From Lama glama (taxonomy: Eukaryota), in assembly GCA_028534125.1 (NCBI GenBank), contig CM052816.1:16680001-16744000 (forward strand): DNA of 64,000 nt. Reading direction: 5' to 3'. Numbering within the stretch: the stretch's first letter is position 1; each line of letters opens with the position of its first letter. The position numbers and the translations under genes are program-made. Positions 15,272 through 29,669 of the stretch are shown here, in pieces. The notes under the pieces are model-generated. The model saw only the letters and a list, made by a program, of their open reading frames with translations. It did not search any database and was not told where the DNA came from.

Positions 15272-15714
15272 TAAAATTTTTTTGTATATATATATATATG
15301 TACATGATTGTATGTAGGAAACAAGACACTGAAAAGGTAAAAGAGGAAGAGTTAGCATCTTTATTAAAATATTTCTCAGTGGAATTATTATTTATAATCT
15401 TCCTTTAGTCAGAGGTCTAATAAATGTGTTTGTTTTTACCCTTTGGCAATAGGAACCAAATTTCAGTCTTATTTCCCCATATTAATTATCCTTTGTAATA
15501 GAGTGATGAATGGAGAGCTCGAATTAAAGCTTAATGGGGGCATTGTTTGGCTTTGTTTTCCATTTAACACACACATTTCCAAGTGGTTGTGTATTTGGCC
15601 CAAATGTTAGCTCTTGAGAGTTACTTTCTGGAGCCTAAACTATTGGTATGATTTCTTGCTGACCTTTGGCACTTCTACTTACTCATTTTTAAGTTGACTT
15701 TTTTCTCTCTCTGA

Positions 15715-15963
<249 letters not shown>

Positions 15964-16383
15964 TAAGATTATTATTTGTTACTGACTTAAGTTTTCAAGA
16001 AACCTGGGGTAGAGATATGGAAAAGGTGGCTGATTTCAGGAGCAACCACAAGGCAGATCTATACCTTGTTACTTACTCTTTTCAGTCTGTATCCTATTCC
16101 TGCGTAGATTTTTCTGCTTGAACTGATAAATGTCTGCTTAAGATTGTTAAATTTTTTTAGGACAGGGGCTGTATCTTAAATATCTTTGGTGTTTACTCAT
16201 GATAGGAACAGTGTACCTGGTAGAGATTCATTCAGTGCATGTGACTAATGAGCTTATGAAAAGAAGGTTGATAGAATGAGTTCAAGATCCCTTTCATCTA
16301 ACCTAACTCATCTCATGGGACTTAACACCTGTTTGTAGTATATGAGAACCAGGTTAACACATTTTTTTCCCCCAATACTACAG

Positions 16384-16448
16384 AGGAGAAAATTCTCTAT
16401 CTAACTCCAGAACAAGAGAAGGATAAATCTCATTTTACAGACAAAGAG
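16384..16448 (+). CDS. ETF1: eRF1 short coding exon ([22 protein letters not shown])
   Basis: actacag| ... GAG|gtatgt; 65 nt. Confidence 0.95.
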
Positions 16449-17099
16449 GTATGTGATTATTTACTTAGTTTGGTGATACATGCAAGGAAATATAATATAA
16501 ATCCATACCTTGGAACATTGGCAGTGTATAGTAGTATCAGCCTTGGGAAACCAAACCTCGTACTTGTTGGCTGTGGGAAGTACCAGAAAGTGATCAGCTC
16601 CTATCTGCCATATACTGATCTGATTCCAATGAAGGTGGCCAGATGATGATTACTCTGGCTCCTTATTTTTAAAGTAATTAAACATGCTCATCCTTGAAGT
16701 AGCAAAGAGGAAGATTTATACCTTTCCTGTACTGTGAAATCTGTGCTGCTTTCTTCACTTACTTTTACCAGCTCTCCTACTGAAGCAGCTTTTGTAGGTT
16801 TGGCCTAAATGCATCCCCACAGCTTAAAATGTCACCTGCCCAACACAGATCCCTTTAATTGGTAGCTTCCTCAAATTCTGAGTTAAAGGACTTTGGCTTT
16901 TACAAGGCTGCTCCAAAAAGCAGTTATGTCTTGTCTCTTCTCAGCTGCTGAATGAGTGCTGCCTAGAGACACTTTATAACTGCTAAGTGTAGGCTGACAT
17001 TCCATTACAGAGGCTAGAGCATGGGGAGGAAGGTTGTTTGAAGTAATCAGAATTTCTGTGCTGTTGCAATTATGTCGCCAGAAATCAGAATTCACTTAG

Positions 17100-17363
<264 letters not shown>

Positions 17364-17572
17364 TAGCAAATCAGAAAACTAAAAGCCAGGGTCTCAGGCC
17401 TTGTCCTTTCCTGACTATCCCAAAATAGTTACTTCAGGGGAGGTATGTTCATTATCCACTGAGGCAGGGGACTGAGGCAGCATATGGCTGCAGGTTCACT
17501 GGTTAGAACTTTTTTTTATCATCACCTTTGCTTTCTATAATCCTGCAAAATAAATTAGGCTTCTCTTCTTAG

Positions 17573-17716
<144 letters not shown>

Positions 17717-19945
17717 GTAGTCGACATGGGTCCGGCAAAACGTGCCTCACCCTCCAGCATCCAACCCAAGGAGCATACCCGTGGTGGAATCCAAACAGAT
17801 CCCTGCCTTACAATTGGAACATTTCCAGAACTTAATCCATGAGCATTGGATATTGAAAAGAAAACCGAAACAAAACCAGACCCAACCCTACACTTTGGTT
17901 TGTCATGGTGTCAGCGCAGCAGCCTACAACTAAGTTCCTAAATGCCACTTTGGACTAATTTAAGAGAATCCCAGTTTTTACTTTTACTCAATGGTGAAAT
18001 TGGTTGCTCTTGTATTTTATGGGAAAAAAAAGATTTTTTTAACCTTCATACATAGAAGCAAAAATACTTTAACTGCTGTAAACCTTCAAAAGTTAATAGA
18101 AATGAGATCATACTGGTTTGTTTCTTATTTTGATTGGAGAAAAATTAAACTGCTGCATTTCGCAGTGACCCATTTACATGGCATTCTCAGCTTAGACTGC
18201 ATAAGAAGAAATATATGTGGTGAAATGTTGGAACCATTTCTCTCTTGGTCTCTTGTTTAATGTTGAAAGGGTGAGCTAATAGGAGGCAATTTCAACTTCA
18301 CTCCCTCACACTACCCCTCCTCTCCAGACTGTCAATTTCAAGAATGCAGATTGCACTGCAAAGTCAAACTGACACATGAAACATTTGGGCCAGTGCTCCT
18401 TCCTTCCATCTGTTTTGCAGGCGCATTTGCACCCGGGGTTTGGGAGCCCTTAGCATCGATTGCTTTGACAAAGGTTCCCATAATCTTAGCCTACTAGAAA
18501 CCAGTTTGGGATGGATACGTGGGGCTTCTGTGCTATTGCTGGGATTGGGAGAAATAAAACATGCAATTTAAGTGGAAGCAAAGAAATTTAAGGAATATTT
18601 TATTTTGCTTGGGTCTGTCCTTGGCAAAAGGGAGGTGGTCGTGTTTTCCTTGTGTTGGATGGCATGAGATTATGTGAATGTTTTGATTTATAAAAAATAG
18701 ACTGCAAGGTTTTTCACAGGAACGACAGACATGTATGATTGCATGTAATTATAAACCCCTGACCTGGTGGGGTTGGATCATCTGTTTCAAATATGGGACT
18801 TAACAAGCACCTCTCATAGGAGAAATTATGGGAGGAGGGGTGGGAAGGGCAAGGGCGGGAAGGGATGGGAACACAGCTTCTGGCACCAAGGACTTAACTA
18901 TGTTGGATCCAAAAGTGGGCCTGGAAACCTGAAGTTTATGCTTCACAGCTGGGCTGTAAATCGGACTTGACCCCAGCTGACATGCAAGGTCGTGGCGTGC
19001 CTGAGGTGGTGACAGTGAACAAAGTGTATAGGACGTGCCCAGTGTTAGCGATGGAAAAAAGTATACCAAATGGACTTTGAAGGACCAAAGGTTTTAAAAG
19101 TCAATTGGTATCACCCCCACACTGATAGGGAGTGGGGTGCATTTGGTTTTCAAATTGGGTACTTTTAACACTTCAGTGCCTGACTGCTGTTCTTCACTGA
19201 CTTGACTCAGTCACTTGTAGCTTTATTGGTCTGAACCAGCTCCTTGTTCCCAGGTTGCAGACCTGCCTATCGTTCCAATAATCCTGTTTCACTTGAATGA
19301 AGGGAGTGTCTTAAATGTAAAGCTTCTGGTTCTCACACTGTACTCTGAGGTCCAAATGACTGTCTGTCGATGTATAACCTAGTGTTTCAACCCCCAGTGA
19401 GAAAAGTCAATTCTTTGGTATTTACCAATGCGGGTGGAGGGGGCTTCACCGCAACAGGCTTTTGCCTTGGGCTCTGCTGTTTGTTTGCAGAACACCCAAG
19501 AGCAAGCAAACATGCTCTCTTCACAGCAGTACCTTAGGGTTTTGCCATTGTAAATGGGTCTAATGTGATATGACAAGACCAGAGAAATTGGATGTAAATT
19601 TACATTTTTTGAATATGCTTGTTTCACATGATACATTTAGGGTATGCAGCTCCTTTTGTAGTTTTTATTTTTACTATTTAAGTTTGGAAATGATGCCAAA
19701 TTTTTGTATTTCTTTAATCAATGTGTTCTTCAGTGATATATATTGCATTATATATTGATGTGTGTATCAATATATACTGATATGTATTACACTTACACAT
19801 ACAAACACATAAATAAGAGGGGGTGAAAACCGTAGCCTTTGCATTCTCTATAGCCTCTACAGAGAGATCCTAAGCAGCGAAATCTTGGTGTTGTGATGTA
19901 CAGAAATGGAGAAGAGTATTAAACCATATTTAAGAATATACTTTG
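17717..19945 (+). other. ETF1: ETF1 3'UTR with proximal AATAAA (18553-18558) and distal ATTAAA (19918-19923)
   Basis: Apparently repeat-free sequence after the stop. The distal hexamer is followed by GT-rich ctttgtgtgc. The 3' end is approximate. Confidence 0.75.
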
Positions 19946-22900
19946 TGTGCTTGAGATTCTTTAGGACTGCTCCTGAGAAAGGTCTGAATTGTGGAGACAG
20001 TGTGAGTGAGCTCTCCAAGGCATGTGTCAGTTTCAGCTTAGTTATTAACTTTTCAGCCTTAGATTTAGTTGTTTTGTTCTACATTTGCCTATGAAAGGGT
20101 ATATGGCAAAGGATATCTGAGGTCACGACCACAGCATTAATGCCTGAGGAAGGAGGTTCCAGATGCTGGGGCCAAACTAATTTTTCTTACTCTGCATGCA
20201 TGCTAAAGGGAAGACTGCCTCCACCCACCCACCCCATTTTTAAAGGCATTTCAAGTATGTTATCCCACATAGTTTAACATTCCATGGAGGTCGATGGTGC
20301 TTCCCATTTTACAGATGATGAAACAGGCCAAAAGAGCTTACGTAGCAGCCCTTTTAGTGGCGAAGCCAAATTTTACCCCAGGCCTAATTCCAAAGTTGAT
20401 TCTCTTTATCTGGTTGCCTTTGAGTCAGAAGAATAGTCCAGATGGAAGAGCAGAAGCCTCCCACTCTGATCCTGCATACCAGGCACTAGATAGGAGAGCA
20501 GTAACCTTGATAATCAAGAGGCTGGCCCAGTGGAGCGGTCCTTCTGGGGTGTATCAAAACAAGAGGATTTTTTGTTTATAGTTTCCGTTCTCTAAAAGTG
20601 GAGGTACTTAGAGAGCGCCTTCTATGTGGTAGTTTAGGAAGGCTCATTGAAGAGCCAAGATGGTACATGATTTGCTTTCTCCAGATTTAAAATACAATGT
20701 TTAACAGTAATGGACCCTTTCCTGTCACTTGCTTTTTCAGCATACTTTTGCCCAGTCTGATTTAGATGGTAGCCTTGATGAAACCCAGTCACCCTCTGGG
20801 AGGGGGCAGGCATGCTCATGCATGGTAGAAGTGTAATTTTTCCTCCTGATGCATCCCTAGATGCTGTTTGAAGTCAAAAGTTGGAAGGCAGCATAATGAT
20901 GCCGGATATGCGGGCTGCTGTACTTGCCTGTCTGGGCCTGTAGCACTTGCCATCTTTTGTTCTCTGGCTCCAGTTCTCATGCCATGATGCTTCCAGACAG
21001 GCACAGTGGATTCAGGGCTGAGTGCCAAAGTACAATTTAAGCTTCATGCCAGCTTCTCCCTTGTTGTCAGTTTGAGTGAGCGCCTGCTGAAAGTCCTACG
21101 TGCCAAGTCCCACCCTGGTAAGACTGTGCCTTTCAGGGATACAGGAACTGAGTTGTTGAGGATATGGCTGAATAACAGGCACTAGAGATTGAGGTAAAAA
21201 TAGTTTACCTCCAGGGTTCTCTGAAAACTCTAAACCTGTCTGGGAACTGTTTCAGGTAGAGTCTGAAATTGCTTGGCAGGCTCATCCTGGAGCTCAAGTT
21301 AAGAGCCCAGGAGAGTCAGCTCTGTGGACAAACATCTCTGGTTCTGTCTCTGCCGTTAAGTTTGATTTGGGATTTCAGGTAAGTCCTTTCCTATCCCTCA
21401 GTTTCCCTATAAGTATCAGGAATACTAAATCTAAAGAGCCTTTCCATCTGTAAAGCTATCAGGATACAAGAGGAGCAGATCTGACATCTGACTGGGATAG
21501 AGATCATGCCTGTGAGACCCTGGCAAATTATTTAATGTGTCTGAGCAGCAATTTCCCTACCTGTAACAATGCCTACTCCATAAGGATTGTGGTAGGGATT
21601 AAATGCAGTAAGACATGCATACTACAATGCCTGGCACTTAGCAAGGGCTCAGATGGAAGCTGCTCTGATGATGGTCCCACGGTAACCAACCTCGGTACTC
21701 TGGAAGTGGCCTGGGTGAATTTGCACTGGCAACCACAAGGTGGTGCTAGAGTTAAGGATTCTTGGCTGTGGAAGAAATTAGTTGCTGCTGGTGGGAAAAT
21801 TTCTGACAAGAATTAAGGGGTACCTGAACAGCTTGCTTACCTTTAAAATGTGGAGATACAGAGAAGGCAAACTACCAAAGGAAACAGGGATGAGTGAACA
21901 GAGAGGAGATCCAGGAGTCTCTATCTGGGCTTTGAGCTACCCAATGGAAAAATAATTATGATCACTAACTTTTGTTAAACAGTTAGCCATGTACCAGGCA
22001 AGGCGTTCTATCATGTGCATCATCTCATTTAATCTTTAGAAAAACTGTGGTATATACTGTTTTATATCTCCCTGTCCAAGTTCATAAGTTACTAAGTGGC
22101 AAAAATCTGGAACTCAAATCCTGTTTGGTTCCAAAGCCAATGCAAATGCAGGTCATTCCTCGCTCAAGAAGAGAGAGAACAGTTGCTGACTGCTGAGAAG
22201 ACAGGTGGACACACCTCACCAACACTTGTGCTTCCAAAGACAACCAACAGCTCGGACTGCATCTGGAAGGCACCATCTAGCAGCTCTCCTTCCCCCAGCA
22301 CATACACGTTTTGACTGGTCAGCCCAGCTTAGCTACAGCCACAGTTGAGGATGGATAAAAGGAACTTCTTTGGACTCTGCAGAGGACTCCTATAATCTAT
22401 CCTGCATCTTCAGAGAAGAATGTATACATATAATGGAATTTCTCAAAGACTAGGGCGCCTGCCCCTACACTTAAAAACTATGTCGTCAATAGGGCAATTA
22501 ATGAAACTGGAATACAGACTATGGATGAAAATACTGTATCAATGTTAAATCTCCTAGATTTGTTATCTGTACTGTGGTCGTGTAAGAGAATACCCTTCTT
22601 CTTGGGAAATATACACTGAAGTATCAAGGGGTTTAAAATAAGACATTCATTAAGGAAATTTTTGAAATGTCAAACACAAAAGAAAAATAAGAGCATCATT
22701 TAACTAACATTTTAGGGTCACTGTGAACACCCAGTATAGAACAGTGATAATGAGTGTTTAAGTTCCAAATGATTCACAAGGTATTTAAAACACAACTTTG
22801 GTTTGAGTCTTCATTCAAGTTTGGTTTTTACTCCGAATTTGCGTTTGACTCAGAGGTCAGCATTTAGAAGAGTTAATTCTGCTGCAGGGTTTTTAGTTCA

Positions 22901-24689
22901 GGAGAAATTCCTAATGTGAGTCAGCGAGTAGGGCTGGGGGCTGTGCCTGGGAGGTGGGCCGAGACTGGAAGGAAGAGAGCAGAGGCAGGACCAGGAGAGG
23001 AGCTGCTGTCAAACACCTCAGAGATGAAATCAGCTCTGAAGTTGGTCCAGTGCTGGCTGAGATGAGGCAATATTAATAATAGGGCTTTTGGGGGGACCCT
23101 TGACCCCTAGCTCATTGAGCAACTCTGGGGATGATGGGAAGAAGGTGGAGCTGAACGGCAGAGCCTAAAACCCATTCTCAGGACAAGGGTGTCATTACAT
23201 GCTAGTCCTTTGTCTATGGCCATACCTTTCTATAAGTTCTTCTGCTGCTCTGTTCTTTCACTTTCTAAGGAATCATAATTTTAGTACTTGCAGGGGCCCT
23301 GGACCATACTATTCTAATCCCCTAATTAAAGAGACAAGAAAACTGAAGCCCAGAGAGCAGCATAATGACCTGTCTTGTTCACGCAGCAAATTAGGTGAGC
23401 CAAATGAGTACTTGATGTTACAACTCCAAATTCAGTGCTCTTAACACATGGAGGATCTCGTCATTCTTCATCTAAGCCCTATTCTCCCCCTTGTTGGAGA
23501 CGAGAAAAGGGAGGATCAGAGAGGGTAAGGGAGTGGCCTGAAGCCAAAGACAGAGCTGGGAGGGGAAAGGTGGCCAACATTTAGGTGGGGTTATGAAAAC
23601 TGTTTTGAAGTCACTTCCCTATGAGTCATGGTTGGCTTGAGTGTCTAGATTAACTTGCTTCTCCAGCCCCCAGGGTTCTATATTATCCCCATCTAGGTTT
23701 CCCTTACTGTCAGACTTTGGCTCTGCCACTCTACTGATACCCTGCCTGGGCTCAGCCCACTCTGCTTGGTTCTCCCATCCTCACCCAAAGGAAATTGAGG
23801 GCAAATCCATTTTCAAGGAAGCCTGGAGACCAGGAAAGGAGGGTGGAGACTTCAGAGAGAGGCTCTCCAAGCAGGAGTAGCAAGGTAAAGGCAAGATGCA
23901 GGAATATTCTGCCAGATGGGGGAAGGGAGGTGGGAGCTGAGCTTGAGAATAAGGAGCGTGATGCTGGAACACCTGCTCCAAGTTACAAGCTGTCCAGACC
24001 TAAGTACATTCCCAGCCTAGGCTCCCCAGGGGAGCAGGATGGACCAACCACCTCATGACACAGTACCAACTGGAGGGTCTGCAAAGGGGGACTCTATTTA
24101 AGGCAGGAGGTCACCTGAGCAAGAGGAGTTGCATTCCTGTGCTCAGGGCTAGAGGCCCTCCCTGGCAGCCCTGTCTAACTCGGATTCTAAAGAGACGTTA
24201 GCACGGAAGGGGCTCTGCTCCTCTCTGAGTAGCTGAGCAAAGGCCCCAAAAAAACTGTCTCCTCCAGCCTCTGTCTGTTTCCACAAACACAGGCCATTGC
24301 CACTTCTATTTCTTAAATTGGACTTAGGTTAACCCTGGTCTTGTTCTGTCATTCAACAAGCATTTACAGACATTTCCTGTGTACTGGACCCTGCACAAGA
24401 TACTGGGATACAGTGGTTAACAATGCAGTCACTGTCCTTGCCCTTCAGCATTTATGCTCCAGCAGGGGAGACAGCAAGAAAAACAATGAAGAGTGAGGAG
24501 TATTAGAGCATGAGGGAAGGGCACCACCACTTCATCTGGGGGTGCCTGAAGTGCCTAGTGAGCCAGGTCAGCCTGGAGAGGTGAGAGGTGAGTTTGGAAA
24601 GGCAGATGTATTGGTTCTGATTGGACCCAAAGGCCAGGAAACCACTCAGATTTCAGGACACTTTTTTTTCACCCTGGTATTTTTGCTGT

Positions 24690-25830
24690 TGTTTGCTAAC
24701 AGCTTTATTGAGATAAAACTTACAAACTATAAAATTCACCCACTGTAAGTATAGTCTGCTAATTTTTTGAAATAAATTCATATAGTTGTGCAAACATCAC
24801 ACAATCCAGTGTCCATCACCCCCAAAGGTCTCTTGTGCTTCTTTGCAGTCAATCCCTGCTCACTCCCAACACTAGGATCTGCTTTCTGTCTCTATAGTTT
24901 TGCCTTTTCTAGAAATTTCATGTTACTGGAATAGTGCAATATGTAGTTTTTACATCAAATTTTTTTCACTTAGCTTCTTTCATTTATATCAATTTTTGAG
25001 ATGCATTCATGTTGCTGCATGTTTGTTTCTTTTTATTGTTGAGTAGTGTGATACAATAAGAAATACATATTTGGTCTTTACCCTCAATTCTTAGTACACA
25101 GCTCCTCTAAAACCCTTGGAATCTCCAGAGTGATAAGAGTATCTTTTGTATGCCAGTGGGGTGACTGTTAGCTGAGGGCCCCTAGACAGCTTCAAGATGG
25201 GGCTGCTTGCCAAAAAAGCATCATTACAGGGTTGGAAAATTCAGCCCCAACCCAAGAGAGGGGAGAGGGGCTGGAGATCAAATTAATTACCAATGGCCAA
25301 TGGCTTAATCAATAATGCCTGCATGATGATGCTTCCATAAAAATTCCTAAATTATGAGATTCAGAAAGTTTTCATTACGGTGAATATATCAAGGTACTGG
25401 GACGGCTCCTTGCAATTATATACAAATTTGAGGACCAACCTTTCCATTTCTGAAAAAAAGGCTACTAGAATTTTGATAGAGATTGCACTGAATCTGTATG
25501 TAGATTGTTTTGGGTATTATTGTCAGCCTAAAGATAGAAACTCTTCTAATCCATAAACACAGGATGTCTTTCCTTTTATTTAGGTTTTTAATTTCTTTCA
25601 AATGCACTGATAGTTTTCTGTGTATAAATATTTTACTTCCTTGTTTAAATTTATTCCTAAGTATTTTATTCTTTTGGATGCTATTGTAAATGGAATTTTC
25701 TTAATTTCCTTTTTGGATTGCTCACTGCTGGTGTCATTCTGGTTCTTATTTTCATTTTCCTGATGACTAATAATGTTGCACATCTTTTCATGTGCTTATC
25801 AGCCATTTATGTATCTTTTTTGGTGAAATG
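24690..25830 (-). mobile_element. Rearranged old L1 fragments containing a nested LTR
   Basis: L1 3'-end motifs at 24690-25047. Degenerate ORF2 ([32 protein letters not shown]) on the - strand at ~25440-25730. Confidence 0.75.
25048..25410. mobile_element. MER21-like LTR fragment inserted in L1
   Basis: tgtgatacaataagaaatacatatttggtc...acagctcctctaaaacccttggaat...gagtgataagagt resembles a MER21 LTR end (recalled, not searched). Confidence 0.6.
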
Positions 25831-26129
25831 TAATCTTTCTTAAATCTCCAATACTGCATTTCCATGAGTGGAGAGACAGGGCGTCCCTTTGTCTCTCAGA
25901 TACTTTCTCCCTTCCTCCATTTCTCTTTACTTGCAAGAAGTACTTAACAGATGGAGGAGTAGCACAGGGCAGGGGCTTAACAACACAGACACTGGATCCA
26001 GATATCCAGTCTCACTCAGCCACTTACTAGCTGCATGACTTTGGGCAAGTATACTTAACTTCTTGTTCAGTTTCTTCCAGCTCAAAACAGGGTGTTTTGT
26101 TAAATTAAGTTTTTATTTCATTTGTTACA

Positions 26130-26880
26130 TAAAATAATTACAGCCTACTACAGACAAGCACTGTGCTAGACCCTACAATGCACTCATGAGCAAAAGAGGT
26201 AACAGCCACTGTCCCACTGAGCTTCCAGTGCATTATTCCAATGAATGTGAAATCCCAGTGGCAATTAACAACTGAGGGAGGGCCACATGTGAGTGTCTGT
26301 CACAGGGCAATCTGAGCTGGCTGTCAGCTTTTCTGAAGACACTGGTGCTTGAACTGAGCAAAGAAGATGTTAGCTAGGCAAAGAGGAGGAAGAGCATCCC
26401 AGTCAGTGAGAACAAGATGTGTGCGGTGGCGGAAAATACAGTTGAGGAAGTAGGTGGAGAGCAATGTTGAAGCTCAAAGAATGAAAGGAGGGTGTGATAG
26501 AAGATGAAGCTCGAAGAAAGGCCAGAAAGGGCAGACTAGGTTGAGACTCAAAGGCCTTGCTGAGAACTTGAAATTTTATTCTGAAGAATAGAAGGAGCCA
26601 CTGAGGTATCTTAAGCAGGAAGTGACAAATTCAGATTTGTTTTTCAAAGAGGTCCTTCTAGGCACAGTGCAGTTTGAGAAGAGAGCATGAGGTTGAGTCT
26701 TAAAGTACTGGAACACTTAATATCCAAACAGAGCATTGTACATCAAGATGTGTAAGCAATGAAAGAGAGGGCTTCAAGGAGAGATGATCGCCTACAGGTC
26801 AAATGGTGCTGAGAATTACTCAAGGAAGAAGACTGAAAAAAAAATCTACTGGACTCAGAGACAGGAGGTTCCTGGTAACA
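26130..26880. mobile_element. L2 relic
   Basis: caagcactgtgctag...gagcatcccag...tgaaattttattctgaag...ggagccactgaggtatcttaagcagg...tcagatttgt. Further L2-like pieces lie near 24340-24600, 29170-29570, 36470-36860, 52780-53150 and 57780-58090. Confidence 0.55.
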
Positions 26881-28455
26881 TCTTAGGAGCCCCCAAACAC
26901 TGCTGCTCAGACCTGAGTCTGTCTACCTTCTCTATAGCCCAACAGCTGCTGCCTTAAGACCTCCCCTCTGGCATATTAGAGCAGGTCTTTCTCATTAAGC
27001 TTCTTAGGATCCCCTGGCAGCTCTCCTGAGTGGCTGTACTAGTTGCATCATGGGGCCAGGCCAGCTCGACCACGTCTGCCCATCTCATCTAATCCACCTC
27101 ACTCATTTAGCTGCTTAGGACCCAGAGGTACCTACTGGATGCCAGCATAGAGGCAGCCTCGTGCATGGCTACGCACTACTCTGAAGTCAGACATCAGTTC
27201 CCATCACAGCTCTACCACTTATCAAGATCTTGGTGAAAGATACTTAAATTGCTGAAACTGTTTTCCAATCTGTAAAACACTGTGATTAAATGTGACAATG
27301 AAGCATGTATCAAGTACTCCATCCTACAATATTAGCTGTCATAGATTCATATCCATTCATTCAACAATTGTTTATTGTACAGGCAACAGGAATATAGTAA
27401 TCAATAAGGCAGATTGTCAACAAGGAGTGCCTAACCTAGTGGGGGACACAGGCAAGTAAAGATTTCATGCTCTGGTGGGAAAAACACAGGGCATTGGGCA
27501 GAGGAACCAAAGTTGTACCCCTAGTCTTGGTAGGGAGGGTTGGTTTTCATTTTGGCACGATCACTCATTATAGCCTAAAGACAGGGTTGGAGTCACTGGA
27601 AAGAGAAGATTTGGTTCCTGTTCTTAAAGAGAATATAATTTGGTTGAGGAGGCAAGCATAGGAAAACAATGAGAAGAAACATGCACAGAAATTCCAGGCA
27701 ACTGCCATATTGGATGGTACACTGGGTTTTTTTGTAAAAACTTTCAGCTTATTAATTCTCAGACTGCAAATATCCCCACTATAGGGAGGCCTAAAAAGCT
27801 GAGCCCCAGGGCCACTGGAGTATCTATCTCTCTCAAGACAGGGAGCAGCCCAGGCCTCTTACTGCTTCGCAGGGTTATCCCAGGCTCAAAGCCCTCTCAC
27901 CTAGAAGTGAACACAAGGCCTGCCCAGCAGAGGCCTGTGGTTCCTGAAAATTCTGTAGCTGGAGAGAAGGCTGCTGGAGCTCCCCAGCTACTCCCAGGCC
28001 TTCCTCCTCTGCTAGGCTCAGCTATAAATAGCTTGCTGGTTTCCAGCTGGGGATCTCCCAGCCCGTGAAGAGCAAGCACCGCCTTCTCACCCTATGCTGC
28101 CCTCAGCCTGAAGCAGGAGGGGTGATGGCCGGCAGGGGGAAGGAGATGAGAGGAGGAAAAGGCAAGAACTAGCATCACAGAGAAGCTGGCCACTGGACTA
28201 CATTACCCACAACCCTGGATCATAGCTGGAAAGAAGAGGCTGCTCGGGGCCTGCAGCCTCAGTTGGGAACAAGGCCACAGGTGTTCTAGTCCCCAGGTGT
28301 GCAGCCCAGGCCGAGTCCCAGGTTTTTCCAAAATCTAACCCCTAGAACTTCAGTCCTTGGACCTTAGAAATAATCTCTCCATGCACCCAATTCACAGGCA
28401 CTAGGCCGACCTGAGGCCAAGGAGACCAACAAAGTTCCTTATCTTTTAGTGCAGA

Positions 28456-28489
28456 GTGTGTGTGTGTGTGTGTCTGTGTGTGTGTGTGT
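28456..28489 (+). repeat. (TG)n microsatellite, one interruption
   Basis: Directly visible. Confidence 0.9.
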
Positions 28490-29669
28490 ACGACCAGAGA
28501 CTAGAAGCCTGTGATTTTATTCTGGACCAAGCCCAGAAGCTGCTTGGTGCTAGAAGTCACCTCCCTGGTATATTACTCAACTCTACTCCCAAGCTCTGAA
28601 GTAAATTCCTCTGCCTCACCTGAGGAAGAACAAAGGCTCACAGGTTGGTCCACGCTGCACTTCTGGAAGAGCTGAGGAGCGGGTGTTCAGGAACTGCTGC
28701 TGGTTTGGACTCTGCTGAAGCCTGGTCCCTCTCTCCGACCTTTGCTCATCTCCCAGCAGATAGATCAGGGTAACCACGGGGCTGAGCCAGGTTTAAGTCC
28801 CTGGAGGTGGTGTACGAAGGCCTGTGGGGGCTTGCTGATTTCTGCAGCGGATAAACCAGAGTTAGCAGGCTGAGCAAGGGAGACCATTGTGGGTGGTGGA
28901 AGCACCCAGTGGGCACTGCTCCAGACCTCAGCCCCACTGCAGGTGTGTACCTGCCCCAGCTCTGCCTCCCCCGACCCATTCCTTCCAACTTTCCATACAG
29001 AGTCAAACGATTCATGTAGGGTTCTGGGGTTCATGAAGCTCCAGACCACAGGTAGCGTAGCAGATGAAGATGTTAAGGGCTAGACCTAAAGTCGGGGGCC
29101 TCTGACCAAGGTGAAAAGGCACCGGTGACTAGCCTGACAACAGAGTCCTTTCCCTGTGCCTCCTCACTCAGGTGCAATAGCAACTCTCACTTACTGAGCC
29201 AGGCACCAGGAATGCAAAGATGAGTAAGATCAAATCACAGTCTAAATAAATAAACGACACATAATACTGTGTTAAGTGCATCACAGGCCTACAGGGTGGG
29301 GGTGGGAGGATTTCCAGATGGCCAGACGTCTGAACCAAGTGAGGGGTGAGTAGCAGTTCTATTAGAATGGTGTGGGAAGGGCATTCTAGGCAGAAGGGAC
29401 AGCTTGTTCGAGTAAAGGCAGGGAGGAGCGAGAAACAGCAAGCAGGCAGGAAACCAAGGAGAAATACCGAAGGCCGACTAGCAAATACAAGGGGAGGAGC
29501 AGTGAGGCGAGAGAGTAGGCCCTCACACCACGCTTAGGAGTTGGGCTTTAGGCCTTGGACTGGTATCTCCAGCAAAGTCTGCTGTGCTTAGAGAATTAGG
29601 GGGAAAAGTGGGACAAAATATGAAACCGGTGGGGGAAGTGGGAACCTCAGCCCTTCTGGGGACTCCCAG

